Positions 41,136 through 53,805 of a stretch of DNA of 64,000 nt are shown here, in pieces (within the stretch, counting starts at the first letter, position 1; the number at the start of each line of letters is the position of its first letter). Position numbers and translations under genes: made by a program. This DNA is from Octopus vulgaris (taxonomy: Eukaryota): assembly GCA_951406725.2 (NCBI GenBank), contig OX597833.1, positions 61,132,001 through 61,196,000 on the forward strand. The letters run 5' to 3'. A model generated the notes under the pieces. The model was not told where the DNA came from. It saw nothing but the letters and a program-made list of their open reading frames with translations, and did no database searches.

Positions 41136-41665
41136 CAAAGCATTCAAGCGAGGTTGTTGACAGTGCCGCTGGACTGACTCCTGTACAGGTGGCACGTAAA
41201 AAACACCATTTCGAGCGTGGCCATTGCCAGTACTGCCTGACTGGCCCTCATGCCGGTGGCACTTTAAAAGTACCCGCTACACTCTTGGAGTGGTTGGCAT
41301 TAGGAAGGGCATCCAGCTGTAGAAACTCTGTCAGATCAGATTGGAGTCTGGTGCAGCCATCTGGTTCGTCAGTCCTCAGTCAAATCGTCCAACCCATGCC
41401 AGCATGGAAAGCAGATGTTAAAGGATGAGGATGATATAGTGTGTGAATATTATTATATGTGTGCGCGTGTTTGTATGATATTTGTATATATTTATTTTAT
41501 TTTATCTAGTTTCAGCTCATGAGCTGTGGCCATGCTGGGGCACCGCCATTAAAAAGAAACCTGTTTATATATAATATTTCTTAGCTGAAATATTTTGTCT
41601 TCTGTTGCCGTTTAATTAACAATTTTTCAGTCTGTCATTTGATTATTTTCCTTAACTTTTGCTAC

Positions 41666-41751
41666 TGGATGAAATGGCAAAACGAATTGACGACCTGGAG
41701 AAAAACATTGCTACAATAATGACCGATGCCGGTTTGGACAACATTGAATAG
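41666..41751 (+). CDS. HSBP1: HSBP1 coding exon 3 ((M)DEMAKRIDDLEKNIATIMTDAGLDNIE*)
   Basis: RIDDLEKNIA is the HSBP1 coiled-coil signature; preceded by U12 branch TTCCTTAAC and an AC acceptor; the frame joins exon 2 (A|TG = Met); TAG at 41749-41751. Total CDS 273 nt, 90 aa. Confidence 0.95.
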
Positions 41752-42108
41752 TGTGATTGGATTTTCTTTTATCATTGATGTTTAAAATATTCCCATGTTC
41801 TCTCTCTCTCTCACACACACACAACATCTCTTATGAATGGAGCAGCAACAACAACAACAACAACAGCAGCAGCAACAGCAGGAACATGGTGGTGGTGATG
41901 CTGGTGGTTGCGGAGCAGAAGTTGTATCTTGATAACGACATATTGATATAAATTTTTTTCTGATTTGTACATTCTGCTTGCACAATCCATTTCGGAGTGA
42001 GTGTCTTTATCTTCCTGTATTCATGAAACTAACTAACTTGCAAGCTATGAAGAATTAAACACATGATTTACATTTCGTTGTTTTTGTTCATCTTTCTGTA
42101 CTTTGTCC

Positions 42109-42438
42109 GTGCCGGTGGCACGTAAAAAGCGCCAACCGATCGTGGCCGTTGCCAGCCTCACCGGGCACCTGTGCCAGTGGCACGTAAAAAGCACCATCCG
42201 ATCGTGGCCGTTGCCAGCCTCACCGGGCACCTGTGCCAGTGGCACGTAAAAAGCACCAGCCGATCGTGGCCGTTGCCAGCCTCACCGGGCACCTGTGCCA
42301 GTGGCACGTAAAAAGCACCATCCGATCGTGGCCGTTGCCAGCCTCACCGGGCACCTGTGCCAGTGGCACATAAAAAGCACCAGCCGATCGTGGCCGTTGC
42401 CAGCCTCACCGGGCACCTGTGCCAGTGGCACGTAAAAA
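42109..42438. repeat. 62-bp tandem repeat (5 copies plus a partial) within a family C SINE
   Basis: Units start at 42109, 42171, 42233, 42295, 42357 and 42419. Confidence 0.9.
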
Positions 42439-43332
42439 TCACCCACTACACTCACGGAGTGGTTGGCGTTAGGAAGGGCATTGAGCTGTAGATACACTGC
42501 CAGATCAGACTGGAGCCTGGTGCAGCCTCCTGGCTTCCCTGACCCTGGTCGAACTGTCCAACCCATGCTAGCATGGAAAACGAACCGTCCTACCGATGAT
42601 GATGATGAAGTATCTCTCTTCCCGGGTTTTACTGCTTCACTTTAATTTCTAACACAAGGCCACATTGGTGGATAGAGGTGGGAGTGATTGATTTTATTAA
42701 ACTCCAGGAAGGACAAAAAGCCATATTGCGTTTAGTAGGATTTGAATTCATGCTGTATCATGTTGTAAATCTAATGCTAAAAAGTTGTCTGTGCACTATT
42801 TGCATTACTTGAGAAAAACACACATTGTTATTTGCCCTCCTCCTCTTCTTCTATGTGTGGAGGTACATGGCTTAATGGTTAGGGTGTCAGACTCATGATT
42901 GTAAGTTTGTGGTTTTGATTCTTGGACCTGGCAACACATTGGATTCTTGAGCAAAACACTTTGTTTCACGTTTGCTGTCCTCTCAGCTGTAAAGGGTAAC
43001 CCTGTGACAGACTGGTGTCCCTTCTGTGGGGAGGAAACCTGGAAACTGGCCCTCTTTATCCTCTTCAATCTAAGAATACAATCTATTAGCTGCCAGTGGA
43101 AGCACTGTAAACTATTGGGTTGTCTGGAAAGTTTGTGCCGATTTATAATAGCTTAACTTTCGACTTATTTTAGAACATGGTTGAGTCCATAAAATAGGAT
43201 TTGACTACACCTCCATTTAGAGCACAGTTTATGCTATCTTTTCATGGAAGAAGGTTTATGTTCCTATAACCTGTGTTAATTCTGTAACCCTTTAAAATGG
43301 AAGATAAGAAAGTTTATTTTTGGCACTTGATG

Positions 43333-43661
43333 CTTTGGGAAGCAGACAAAAATTGCTGAAGCTTGGCTGGGATGTGTTACCTCACCCTCCATATTCACCA
43401 GATATTGCTCCTTCGGATTTCCACTTATTCAGGTCTCTGTAGAATAGTCTTAATGGTAAAAATTTCAATTCCTTGGATGATGTAAAAAGATACCTTGATG
43501 AATTCTTTGCCATGAAACCACTTCCATTCTGGGGAGAGAGTATTTTCAAGTTAAAAGAAAGATGGAGACACATTGTACATATTTGGTTGATATAATGGCA
43601 AGTATTTATTGATCTTTTTCTTTCCTTTAAAAATCGGCACAAACTTTCCAGACAACCGAAT
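43333..43661 (+). mobile_element. Mariner transposase C-terminal relic with right end
   Basis: RQKLLKLGWDVLPHPPYSPDIAPSDFHLFRSL*NSLNGKNF contains the mariner YSPDxAPSD motif; in-frame stop. Confidence 0.9.
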
Positions 43662-43798
43662 AGAATTTAAAAAATGAGCATGTAGCAAGCTGTTACTGTG
43701 ATCTGCAGTTTTGTTTCAATAACTGAAATCATTTCACAGTTCTTCAATAATGCCTGTTGTAAAGTCATAAATGTCACAACTTCCTGGTGAAAAGAAAG

Positions 43799-44019
43799 TA
43801 CAAAGGTGTGCTGAAAAGTTCCTGACTTTGGGTAAAAGAAAATAGAGGAGGATCAGTTAATTATGATTTTATGCAACACATTCCTCTCTCAGATTCACAC
43901 ACTTATTGCAGCGGGCCTTCAGTTTTTCTAAGCCCTGTAAAAGAACTCGGAAGTTTGGGCCTCCAACAAGATCTTTCGTGATACCCTTAAAGCCAGGAAC
44001 TTTTCAGCGACCCCTTGTA
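43799..44019. mobile_element. Mariner-type MITE; oppositely oriented sister copy at about 44535-44742
   Basis: TIRs tacaaaggtgtgctgaaaagttcctg ... caggaacttttcagcgaccccttgta with TA ends. Confidence 0.75.
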
Positions 44020-47000
44020 TTTGTAACAAGTGTTTATATAACAGACCTATTACTGATAAATAATTATTTACTAACTTGGTGCTCCGTTTCCACTTGAGTT
44101 GTAAATTTTCTATGGAAATAATAACAATAGTTTAGTGATTATCTCTGGCTGTTAGATTGGTTATTGATCACCCACTCTACTGACTGGGCAAACATAGCTG
44201 GTGAGATCAATAGTAAGTTGTGTGTCGTGACATTATCGTGTCCTTGGCTAATGTACCTAACACTTACAACAGGTGTGTTTTAATTCACGGAACATTAAAT
44301 AATTTAGAAATACACATCAGCATAGGTGTAGCTGTGTGGTAAGTAGTTTGTTTCTCAATCACATGGTTCTGGGTTCAGTCCCACTGTATGGCATTTTGGG
44401 CAAGTGTCTTCTACTATAGCCTCAGTGGATTTGGTAGACAGAAACTGAAAGAAGCCCATCATGTGTGTGTGTGCGTGTATATATATATATATGTATATAT
44501 ATATACATATTTATATATACACACACACATACACACGAGAGGGTGCTAAAAAGTTCCTGGTTTTAAGGGTATCACAAAAGGCCTGGTTGGAGGTCCAACC
44601 TTCTGAGTTCTTTTATGGTGTTTAGAAGAACTGAAGGACCGCTGCAATAAGTGTGAATCTGTGAGGGGAATATGTGGAATAAAATCACAACTAATCCTCC
44701 TGTATTTTCTTTTACCCAAAGCCAGGAACTTTCCAGCACTCTTTTGATTGTGTGCTCCTTTCTGTCTGTCCTCACCACTGTTTGATAACCAGTGTTGGTT
44801 TGTTTGTGTCCCTGTGACATAGCAATCTGGCAAGAGAGGGACCAGAATTCAAAAAGGAAAAGTACTGGTGGTTGATTCGTTCGACTAAAATTCTTTGAGG
44901 TGGTACCCCAGCATGGCCACAGTGTAGTGACTGAAACATGTAAAAGATAAAAGATCTCATGTGGCAAAGCTTTCATCATTTTAATATCTAGGCACAGGCA
45001 TAGCTGTGTGATAAGAAATTTAGTTCTGGGTCCAGCCCCAGTTCATAGCACCTTAGGCAAGTGTCTTTCACTATAGCCCTATACAGAAACAGAAAGAGTA
45101 CAGCAGGGTTCGCCACCGCCCCCCTGACGGAGCCTCATGGAGCTTTAGGTGTTTTCGCTCAGTAAACACTCACAACGCCCGGTCTTGGAATCGAAACCGC
45201 GAGTCCGCTGTCCTAACCACTGGGCCACTGCGCCTCCACTCTCTAGAAATAAGGAAGGTAAGTTAGAGTTAGCTATTCCGTTAGTCTACATTTCAAATAT
45301 GCTTCCTTGAAATATTTGTGGTGAGAAAAGAGCCATCACAATCCGAAAATGGCTATTATCCTTTTGGCAGCCGAGCACGCATGGGAGACAACTGTTGACG
45401 TTTTTAGTCTTATTTATTCTGACCTACGACGACATTGAATCGATGCTTTGCTAAGGTCAAAGTACAAAAAAAAAAGGCCCAGAGTTATTTCCCTTGACTA
45501 ATAATACTTTGTACTCGAAAATTTGGCAGAGGGGCTTGTCGATTACATTGACCCCCACCCCAGTGCTCAACTGGTACTTATTTCATCGACCCTGGAAGGA
45601 TGAAAGGCAAAGAGGACAATCCAATTTTGCTAGCTGAGTGAACTAGAGAACGTGAAATGAAAGGTTTCATTCAAGAGCACAACACATGGCCGGGTTCAAG
45701 GAATCAAAACAACAATCTTATAATCAAGAGCGCAACACCCTAACCACTAAGCCACCGGCCTCTCATCATATATTTTATGCTGTCTTAAATATGAAACATT
45801 GACTCAAATGTTTTCATTCAGATAGCATCTTGAATTCATTTAATTTCTAAAATAACTCTGGAATAAACTCTCTCTCTCTCTCTTTTACTTGTTTCAGTCA
45901 TTTGACTGCAGCCATGGGACTTATTCTATCGGTCTCTTTTGCCGAACCGCTAAGTGACGGGGACGTAAACACACCAGCATCGGTTGTCAAGCAATGCTCG
46001 GGGGACAAACACAGACACACAAACATACACATATACAACAGGCTTCTTTCAGTTTCTGTCTACCAAATCCACTTACAAGGCATTGGTCGGCCCGGGGCTA
46101 TAGCAGAAGACACTTGCCCAAGATGCCACGCAGTGGGACTGAACCCGGAACCATGTGGTTGGTTACCAAGCTACTTACCACACAGCCACTCCTGCGCCTA
46201 AACTGGTTCACTTTTAGTAAGAATCCCTACAGTTGAAACAGTGGCAATATTTAATTGTTTTTTTTGTTTTTTTTTGGTCAATAATTTAATGAAATAAGGA
46301 GCAGGCAAAATATATTGGGAGTGTCAGAATATACTAAAAACTTTTGACAACAGTGCTCCAGAAATGGCCACAATCCTAGGACTGGAGCCAGAAAGGAGAT
46401 TGTGGAGGTGTTTGGTCAGATAACAATTGGTCTTTTCCCAGTCCCGTGACCTTAGGGAGGAAGAGATAGATACTGTTTACACCAAGCTCTTAGCCCTAGG
46501 GTTGAGTGACTGTCTGCAGGTACAAATCAGTTTTTGCCAGCTGAATGGACTAGAACAATATGAAATAAAGTGTCTTGGACTGATCTCAGAACCATGTGGT
46601 TGGGAAACAAATTACTTACCACACAGCTACACCTATGCTGATGTATATTTATAAATTACAATGCACCGTCAGGAATCGAACTCACAACCTCACTGAATTC
46701 CCTAACCACTAAACATGTTTGTTTGTTCCTTCTCAAGCCATGCCTGGCTCATAAGGGCCGGTTTCCTGGTTTCTTTGTTGTATAGGTTCTCCACCTGGAC
46801 AGGACGTCGGTCCATCGCAGGTGAGCTGCAAGATGTAGGAGGAAAGAGTGAAAGAGAGTTGTGGCGAAAGAGTCAGCAGAAGTTTGCCATTACCTTCTGC
46901 TGGAGCCGCATGGAGCTTAGGTGTTTTTGCTCATAAACACACACACCGCCCGGTCTGAGATTCGAACCCGCGATCCCTCGACCGCGAGTCCGCTGCTCTA

Positions 47001-47240
47001 ACCACTAGGCCATGTACCTCCACACTAAACCACATGCCTTCATGTCACTAACTTAGGGCTACACAAATCTGCACCACACTCCTAATGCCATAAACTTGAC
47101 GCTGCACGTATACCTGCACCACACCAGCAGTTGCACATATCCGCACTAGACCGACACTGCCTTCAAACCACATTTTACACGTCAAAAATAACAAAATAGA
47201 AAAACGGAGTAAGAATACTTTCAATTTTTCTTTTTTTTTT

Positions 47241-47246
47241 TTTATT
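47241..47246 (-). terminator. Candidate polyadenylation signal (AATAAA) for TBC1D20, implying a 3' UTR of about 1.7 kb
   Basis: AATAAA on the minus strand at the far end of a mostly unique AT-rich block following the stop codon; other hexamers could be used instead. Confidence 0.35.
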
Positions 47247-48920
47247 GAATAGACAAGAATATTTATATTCTTTTGTATTCCTGGTCAAGAATATTTCTAC
47301 ATTCTTTGTAAATCTGGAGAAAAATAATTCTAGACTCTTCACTGAATGTTGTTATTATTATCATCATCATTGTGATTATTACATTTGGTGTGACTAATAC
47401 AAACATTCAGCATCGCTAACAGACCCATCCAGCTATATACAGAAACACATCCACATATTAAATTACATAGATGATGATGATGATGATGATGACGATGACG
47501 ATGACGGTGGTGATGATACAGTAATTGATGGCAATATTGATGATGATGTACATAGTTAAATGGACAAAAATGAGATAAAAGGGGTCAGAGTTCGGACTGT
47601 TTAGATCTGAAACTCTTATTGGAAATGGAAGGGAGTTGTATGACAAAATCAACAAACAAAACAAATAACAATAATAATAATAATAATAATAATAATAATT
47701 TACAATTAATTCTTTGACTCACAGTTTGAATTTCACTGAAAGACAGAGAACCCTGTGGAGGGCAATGTTGACTACCAGTATATAAGGAAGATAGAAGACG
47801 ATGGCTGTGTGTATATACTCTGGCTAGCTGCAAACTGGGTGATTAATGGAGCTAGTTTGTTTTGCTTTTTTTTTTTTTTAATTAAAAGGGTTTTAGAAAG
47901 TGTTGACATGGTAGATCTGATCTACAAACCATTGTTCATCAGGCGAATCACCGTCACAGTACCTAGTCACAACAAAAGCAAACAATTCTTCAGATACAAA
48001 AAAATATATATATATAAAGAAATAAATAAATAAAGCTAGTAAAAAAGATTTTCAAAAATCAGCAAAAGGAAAAAAAAAATAAAAAATTCTCTCAGTCAGA
48101 AATCAATAAATGAGCAAAAAAAAAAAATAAAATGAAAAAAATTGATAAAACAACAAAATAATCTGTTTTATATAAATAATAATGGTTTCAAATTTTGGCA
48201 CGAGGCCAGCAATTTCGGGGGGAGGGGGGTAAGTTGATTACATCGACCCCCAGTACTTAACTGGTACTCATTTTATCGACCCCGAAAGGATGAAAGGTAA
48301 AGTCAACCTCAATGGAATTTGAACACAGAACGTAAAGACAAACGAAATGTCGCTAAGTATTTGGCCCAGCGTGCTAACCGTTCTGCCAGCTTGCCGCCTT
48401 AATAATAATAATAATAATAATAATAAAGATGATAATTTGACAGATATAAGGCCAGGGTGAGTGAGTGGAAGAGAAGAAAAGTCAGTTATATTGACACAGC
48501 GCATGACTGGTATGTATGAAAATTAAGGTCAGTTTTAATGAGATTTGAACCCAGAATGTTAGTGGGACATAACTAAATACCTCAACATATTTAGCCTGTC
48601 ATCCACCAATTAATAATAATAATAATAACAATAATAAAGACTTTGCAGCAATGTTGCCAGATTATTGTTCACAACCTTGTTACAGGTTTCTCAGCCTGTT
48701 TTTTTGTTTTTTTTGTCAAAGAACAGTTGATTAGTTCCGATATCAATTCCTTCTGTGAGCTAGATATGTTGAAAAATATTGTTGGAGTTATGGTAGTAAG
48801 CAGGCCCCTCCTGAATCCAGTTGGTTCAATGTCCCGTAACAGTAAGATGGAGAAAGTAGACAGGTGAGTACAGGTGAGTGGAATAGAGCTGCAAATTTAG
48901 ATGCGATGAACTGTGACAAA

Positions 48921-49032
48921 CTAAGGCCTCCACAGTATGTAACCAGCCAGAACAGCAAAAAACGCAACAATAATAACCTTCACAATTAACTTTCTGCTCA
49001 GACGTTTCCTCTGCTTCCAACGCCGTTCATTT
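48921..49032 (-). CDS. TBC1D20: TBC1D20 terminal coding exon (NERRWKQRKRLSRKLIVKVIIVAFFAVLAGYILWRP*), tail-anchor transmembrane helix
   Basis: Pyrimidine tract and ttcag| acceptor; phase matches the preceding exon (AT|A); basic stretch then about 19 hydrophobic residues and TAG, as expected for ER-anchored TBC1D20. Confidence 0.85.
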
Positions 49033-51397
49033 CTGAATTCAAAATTTGAAAAAAAGAAAAAAAAAAAAGAAAGAAATCAATTATCAGAATTTCAGATTTA
49101 GATTTGAAAACAGAAAATAATATTTTTGTACGTTTATATATTTGTTTTGCAAGATTTTTGATGTGAAATTGTGTGTTGAAACAGATACAGTTGTATTTAG
49201 GAATGGTCATTTTGCCAGTTTAGCCAATAAAAACACACGCACTATATATTATTTTATTATTATTATTATTATACATACATACATAATAATAAATAATAAT
49301 AATATGTAGGTGTAAGCACATGAACAAAATAAAAATAAACAAAAACAAATTACATGAATGTATATAAACAGGAGATACAAATATTACAGGCACTCCCCCC
49401 CCACACTAACTAAACATAGACACACATAGAGATATATGCATGCGCAAATGAAGACACATACAATAGGAATACAAAATGGCTGACCGTTGGTAAGGAGAGA
49501 CACACGAATAAGAAAGCAAAGGACCACTGATGAGGTCACAGGAGTGTGACAAAAGAACTCTGGCCGAAATAAGATTAAGATTAATGTAAAAAATAGATAA
49601 CGCTGAAGCAAAGTAACACCAAATATATAGTGCGTGGGTTTTTATTGGCTAAACTGGCAAAATGACCATTCTGAAATACAATATTTTTGTAACTGAGACA
49701 TAAAAGTTATTTGAGAAATGAAAACAAGAATTTGCGGTACTCATGCATTTCCTAGCAACATTCACCTCTTTCATTACTGTATCTCCATTGAAATGTATGG
49801 CCCTTCTTTCAATTAATTTTTGGAAATTAGGAAGAATTTAGTGAAATAACTACACAATTATTATAGTCTTTTACTTGTTTCAGTCATTTGACTGTGGCCA
49901 TGCTGGAGCACCGTCTTTAGTTGAGCAAATCGACCCCAGGGCTTATTCTTTGTAAGCCTAGTACTTATTCTATCGGTCTCTTTTGCCGAACCGCTAAGTG
50001 ACAGGGGACCTAAACACACTAGCATCGGTTGTCAAGCGATGTTGGGGGACAAACACAGACACCCACACATATATATATACGACGGGCTTCTTTCAGTTTC
50101 CATCTACCAAATCCACTCACAAGGCTTTGGTCAGCCTGGAGCTATAGTAGAAGGCTCTTGCCCAAGGTGCCACGCAGTGGGACTGAACCCAGAACCATGT
50201 GGTTGGTAAGCAAGCTACTTACCACACAGCCACTCCTGCGTTTATGGTTCATAATAATACACACAAGAACACACCTGAATGGTGGATGGGCTGGGAAAGG
50301 AGGAGGAGGAAATTTTTCATTTAAGAATTGCCATCCATAAATTTTTAATAAATCTCTCACACACACACACACACAGAAATGTGTGTGAGATCTAGTCCAC
50401 ATTGTGTAACATGTCCAAGCTTGCTTTCATTGGATTAAAAGAAACTGACAGGCAGCTGTTAAATTAGCAGTTTTCCTATTAGATTTAGAATTAAGGCCAT
50501 AAAAATATTTTTTTGAAAACAACAAAACCAAAAAAAAAACCCAACTCATTATCCATCTTTATTACTATTTATCACTCACTCTGATCATCACTCCTCTCTA
50601 TTGCTATTCATCAACCCATCACTCTTTCTCTCCATCTCCTCCCAGCCCAACATGTCACTCTCTCCACCATTACCCCTGCCCTGACCACCCTCTCAATCTC
50701 TCATGCCCTTTCTCTTCTCCCTTTCTTGATCACAACCTATTTACCCTCTCAATTACATTTACCTATTTCTTTACTACCCACAAGGGGCTAAACACAGAGG
50801 GGACAAACAAGGACAGACAAATGGATTAAGTCGATTACATCGACCCCAGTGCGTAACTGGTACTTATTTAATCAACCCTGGCGGAATTTGAACTCAGAAC
50901 GTAGCAGCAGGCGAAATACCGCTAAGCATTTTGCCCGGATTGCTAATGTTTCTGCCAGCTTGCCACCTTAATTTCTGTTAGATTTCATCAATAGCCAGGT
51001 TTAGTACCACCACATGGCCCTTGGGTACCGTTAGTAGAGTAAGCTCTCTTGCAAACATTTGGACTAGGTCTCCAGTTTCAGGATAACCCATCATTTGCGA
51101 TTTAGTCCATTTTTTTCTTCTGTGACCCTATCAGTTCCAAATGCTTTGCAATAAAACTCTAGATGCTGCCCTTCCACCAAGCCAGAAAGAGAAACAGAAA
51201 AACTAGGATATTCTATTTAAGAACTGTGACCTTAGTAACCCTTGAATGACTGACAGATATATATATATATATATATATATATACATGTCAATCTTTTCGA
51301 CTATAGGTACAAGGCCTGAAATTTTTTGGGGGGAGATGGCTAATTGATTATACACTGACTCCAGTGCTCAACTGGTACTTATTTCATCACCCCCAAA

Positions 51398-51901
51398 CAG
51401 CACTGGATTAACCCATTAAGTAAAATAAGCATGTGCTTAGGGCCTCAAGGGAAGGAGGGGGCACCACAGAAATGAAAATGGTTTATGGCACAAAAGAAAT
51501 CACTTTAACTTGCTAAAATAATATTCGTAATATTCATAAGTATAGAAGCAGAAGTTTTATGTAAAATTAATTTTAATGATATCATCAAACACTTTGCAAT
51601 TAACAAAAAAAAAGAAAAGAGAAAAATTTTCAAATATAAATAAAGTGGAAGCATACAAAAATAAACATTTTCCATCTTACTGTGAATTTTGTTTCATTTT
51701 GAAAAATAAAAATTTATTTTATGATGTATCATTTACATGATGGTGGTGCCCCAGCATGGCCGTGGTCTTTGGGCTAAAACATTTTTAAGGATTTAAAGAT
51801 TTTGAATTAATTTTGTTTCGATTTTGAACCATTTACATCTACTTGAGGGCACCAAAACCTTTTAAGTGCTAAGGGCCTCTTAGTGTCTTAACCCGGCCCG
51901 G
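51398..51901. mobile_element. hAT-type MITE inserted into a family A SINE
   Basis: cagcactggattaa ... ttaacccggcccgg termini; 8-bp TSD cccccaaa/cccccaag; the SINE sequence resumes after it. Confidence 0.7.
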
Positions 51902-53605
51902 CCCCCAAGAGATTGAAAGGCAAAGTCAACCTCGGTGGAATTTGAACTCAGAACATTAAGGAAGACAAAATGCTGCTAAGCTGTGTCTGTGGTTCCAGAG
52001 CATTAGAAATAAAACCAGTAACCATGTCAGTCATTGCAACTGGAGTACTACGACAAACACTCAATTGCTCTTTTACTTGTATCAGTCATTTGACTGCAGC
52101 CATGCTGGAGCACCGCCTTTAGTCGAGCAAATCGACCCCAGGACTTATTCTTTTCTTTGGAAGCCTAGTACTTACTCTATCGGTCTCTTTTGCTGAAATG
52201 CTAAGTTACAGGGACGTAAACACACCAGCATCGGTTGTCAAGCGATGTTGGGGTGACAAATAGATACACAAACATATACATATACTCGGAGTGGTTGGCG
52301 TTAGGAAGGGCATCCAGCTGTAGAAACTCTGCCAGATCAAATTGGAGTCTGGCGCAGCCATCTGGTTCGCCAGTCCTCAGTTAAATCGTCCAACCCATGC
52401 TAGCATGGAAAGCGGATGTTAAGTGATGATGGTGATGATGTGCATGTGTATCTTTTTTCCTATCTTTCAGTCATTAGGCTGCAGTCATGCTAAGGTACTA
52501 CGTTGAATTTTTAGTTGAATGAATCAACCCCAGTGTTTTATATATATGTGTGTATGTGTATGTCATATATAAAACCCAGAATAAAAGATACCAAAGAACA
52601 AGTTCAACCCACTTCCATTTCCTCTAACAACTCAATAATCCTATTGAATTCTATAAGGTAAGAGTGGGGAGGAGAGAATATCAGCCCAAATAAAAGGGTT
52701 GGTGTTTTGCTGCGGTTGTCTTTGAAAACTATAAATAGGAACCATAAGGAGGTGAACCTTATTACTGTAAATATTAATAGCTATACCGTTTTCTAACAAA
52801 GGCAGAAGGTTGGAAATCTGGGAGAGTGGAGTTACTCAGAACTTTGCAGATATTTTATATTTGGCACTGGAGGGATAAAAAAGGTAAAACTGATGTAAGT
52901 GGGATTTGAACTTAGAATATAAAGAACCAGATCAAATACCACAAGGCACCTTATCTGACACTTGAACCAATTAGCATTTAAACCAACCATATCCAGCTCA
53001 GATACCCTGTTTTATATCAAAACTGGCCAGGTACGGCTTCTTACACCTACCCTACAATGTAATTCTAAAAATAAACTGCTACATCATCAAATTCTCAAAG
53101 CTACAAGACAACTTAATTCAAAATAATGTAGATAAATAAGCAGGGTAATCTGAATGCTGAAGGATTAGTTAATCTGCCAATCTAGAACCCTTAGATCGAT
53201 ATTTTATCAAGTTTCATGACTGACCTCAAATCCTTACCCTACATCTTTTTGATGTCCATTCTATACAGTCAATGTCCATTCTATGCAGTCAACAGTCAAT
53301 ATGTTATGCAACTTATCACTTTCATGATACACTGCAAATGTTCAACTGTTTGGCTTTAGATCACAAAATTACAAGTCGTTAGTACAAACCAAATTTACTT
53401 TTATAATTTCATACTTTTCTGTCGTTCTTCTGCACCTTCCAAGCCTGACTACTGATATAAAATCTTTCAAAAAAATTTGTAACAAAAAAAATGAAAGGTC
53501 AACAAAACAGAATGCTGGTTCTGTTTCTCTATATAATGGAGCACAAACGATGAAGACTAAGTCTAAGTGATTTAGCAGAAACAAATGAATTTAAAACAAA
53601 CGTAC

Positions 53606-53805
53606 ATATCTGTTGGTTTAGGTGTGGCAGGAGGTACAAAATTATCCTTTATTAATTCAGAAGGAGGGTATAACAGATGTATATCACAAGCTGTGATGAT
53701 GAGCTCTTCAAAAGGAAGATCCTTTGGCAAGTGCGATAATGTATGGTGAACTGATGCCATTTCACAAGGACATGACAGAATTTCCTTTTCTCTGTACAGA
53801 ACAAT
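53606..53805 (-). CDS. TBC1D20: TBC1D20 exon (IVLYREKEILSCPCEMASVHHTLSHLPKDLPFEELIITACDIHLLYPPSELIKDNFVPPATPKPTD)
   Basis: ccag| acceptor and |gtacgt donor (phase 2); IVLYRE...MASVHH...DLP...PPSEL matches TBC1D20. Confidence 0.92.

Larger units (their letters stand above)
35199..41665 (+). other. HSBP1: U12-type (minor spliceosome) AT-AC intron of HSBP1, 6467 nt
   Basis: 5' splice site ATATCCTTT at 35199; branch TTTTCCTTAAC at 41646-41656; 3' splice site TAC| ending at 41665; removal restores a continuous HSBP1 ORF. Confidence 0.95.

Noticed and set aside
49526-49590. Active hammerhead ribozyme
   Set aside because: CTGATGA, stem II and GAAA are present, but no stem I/III partners or cleavage triplet could be placed.
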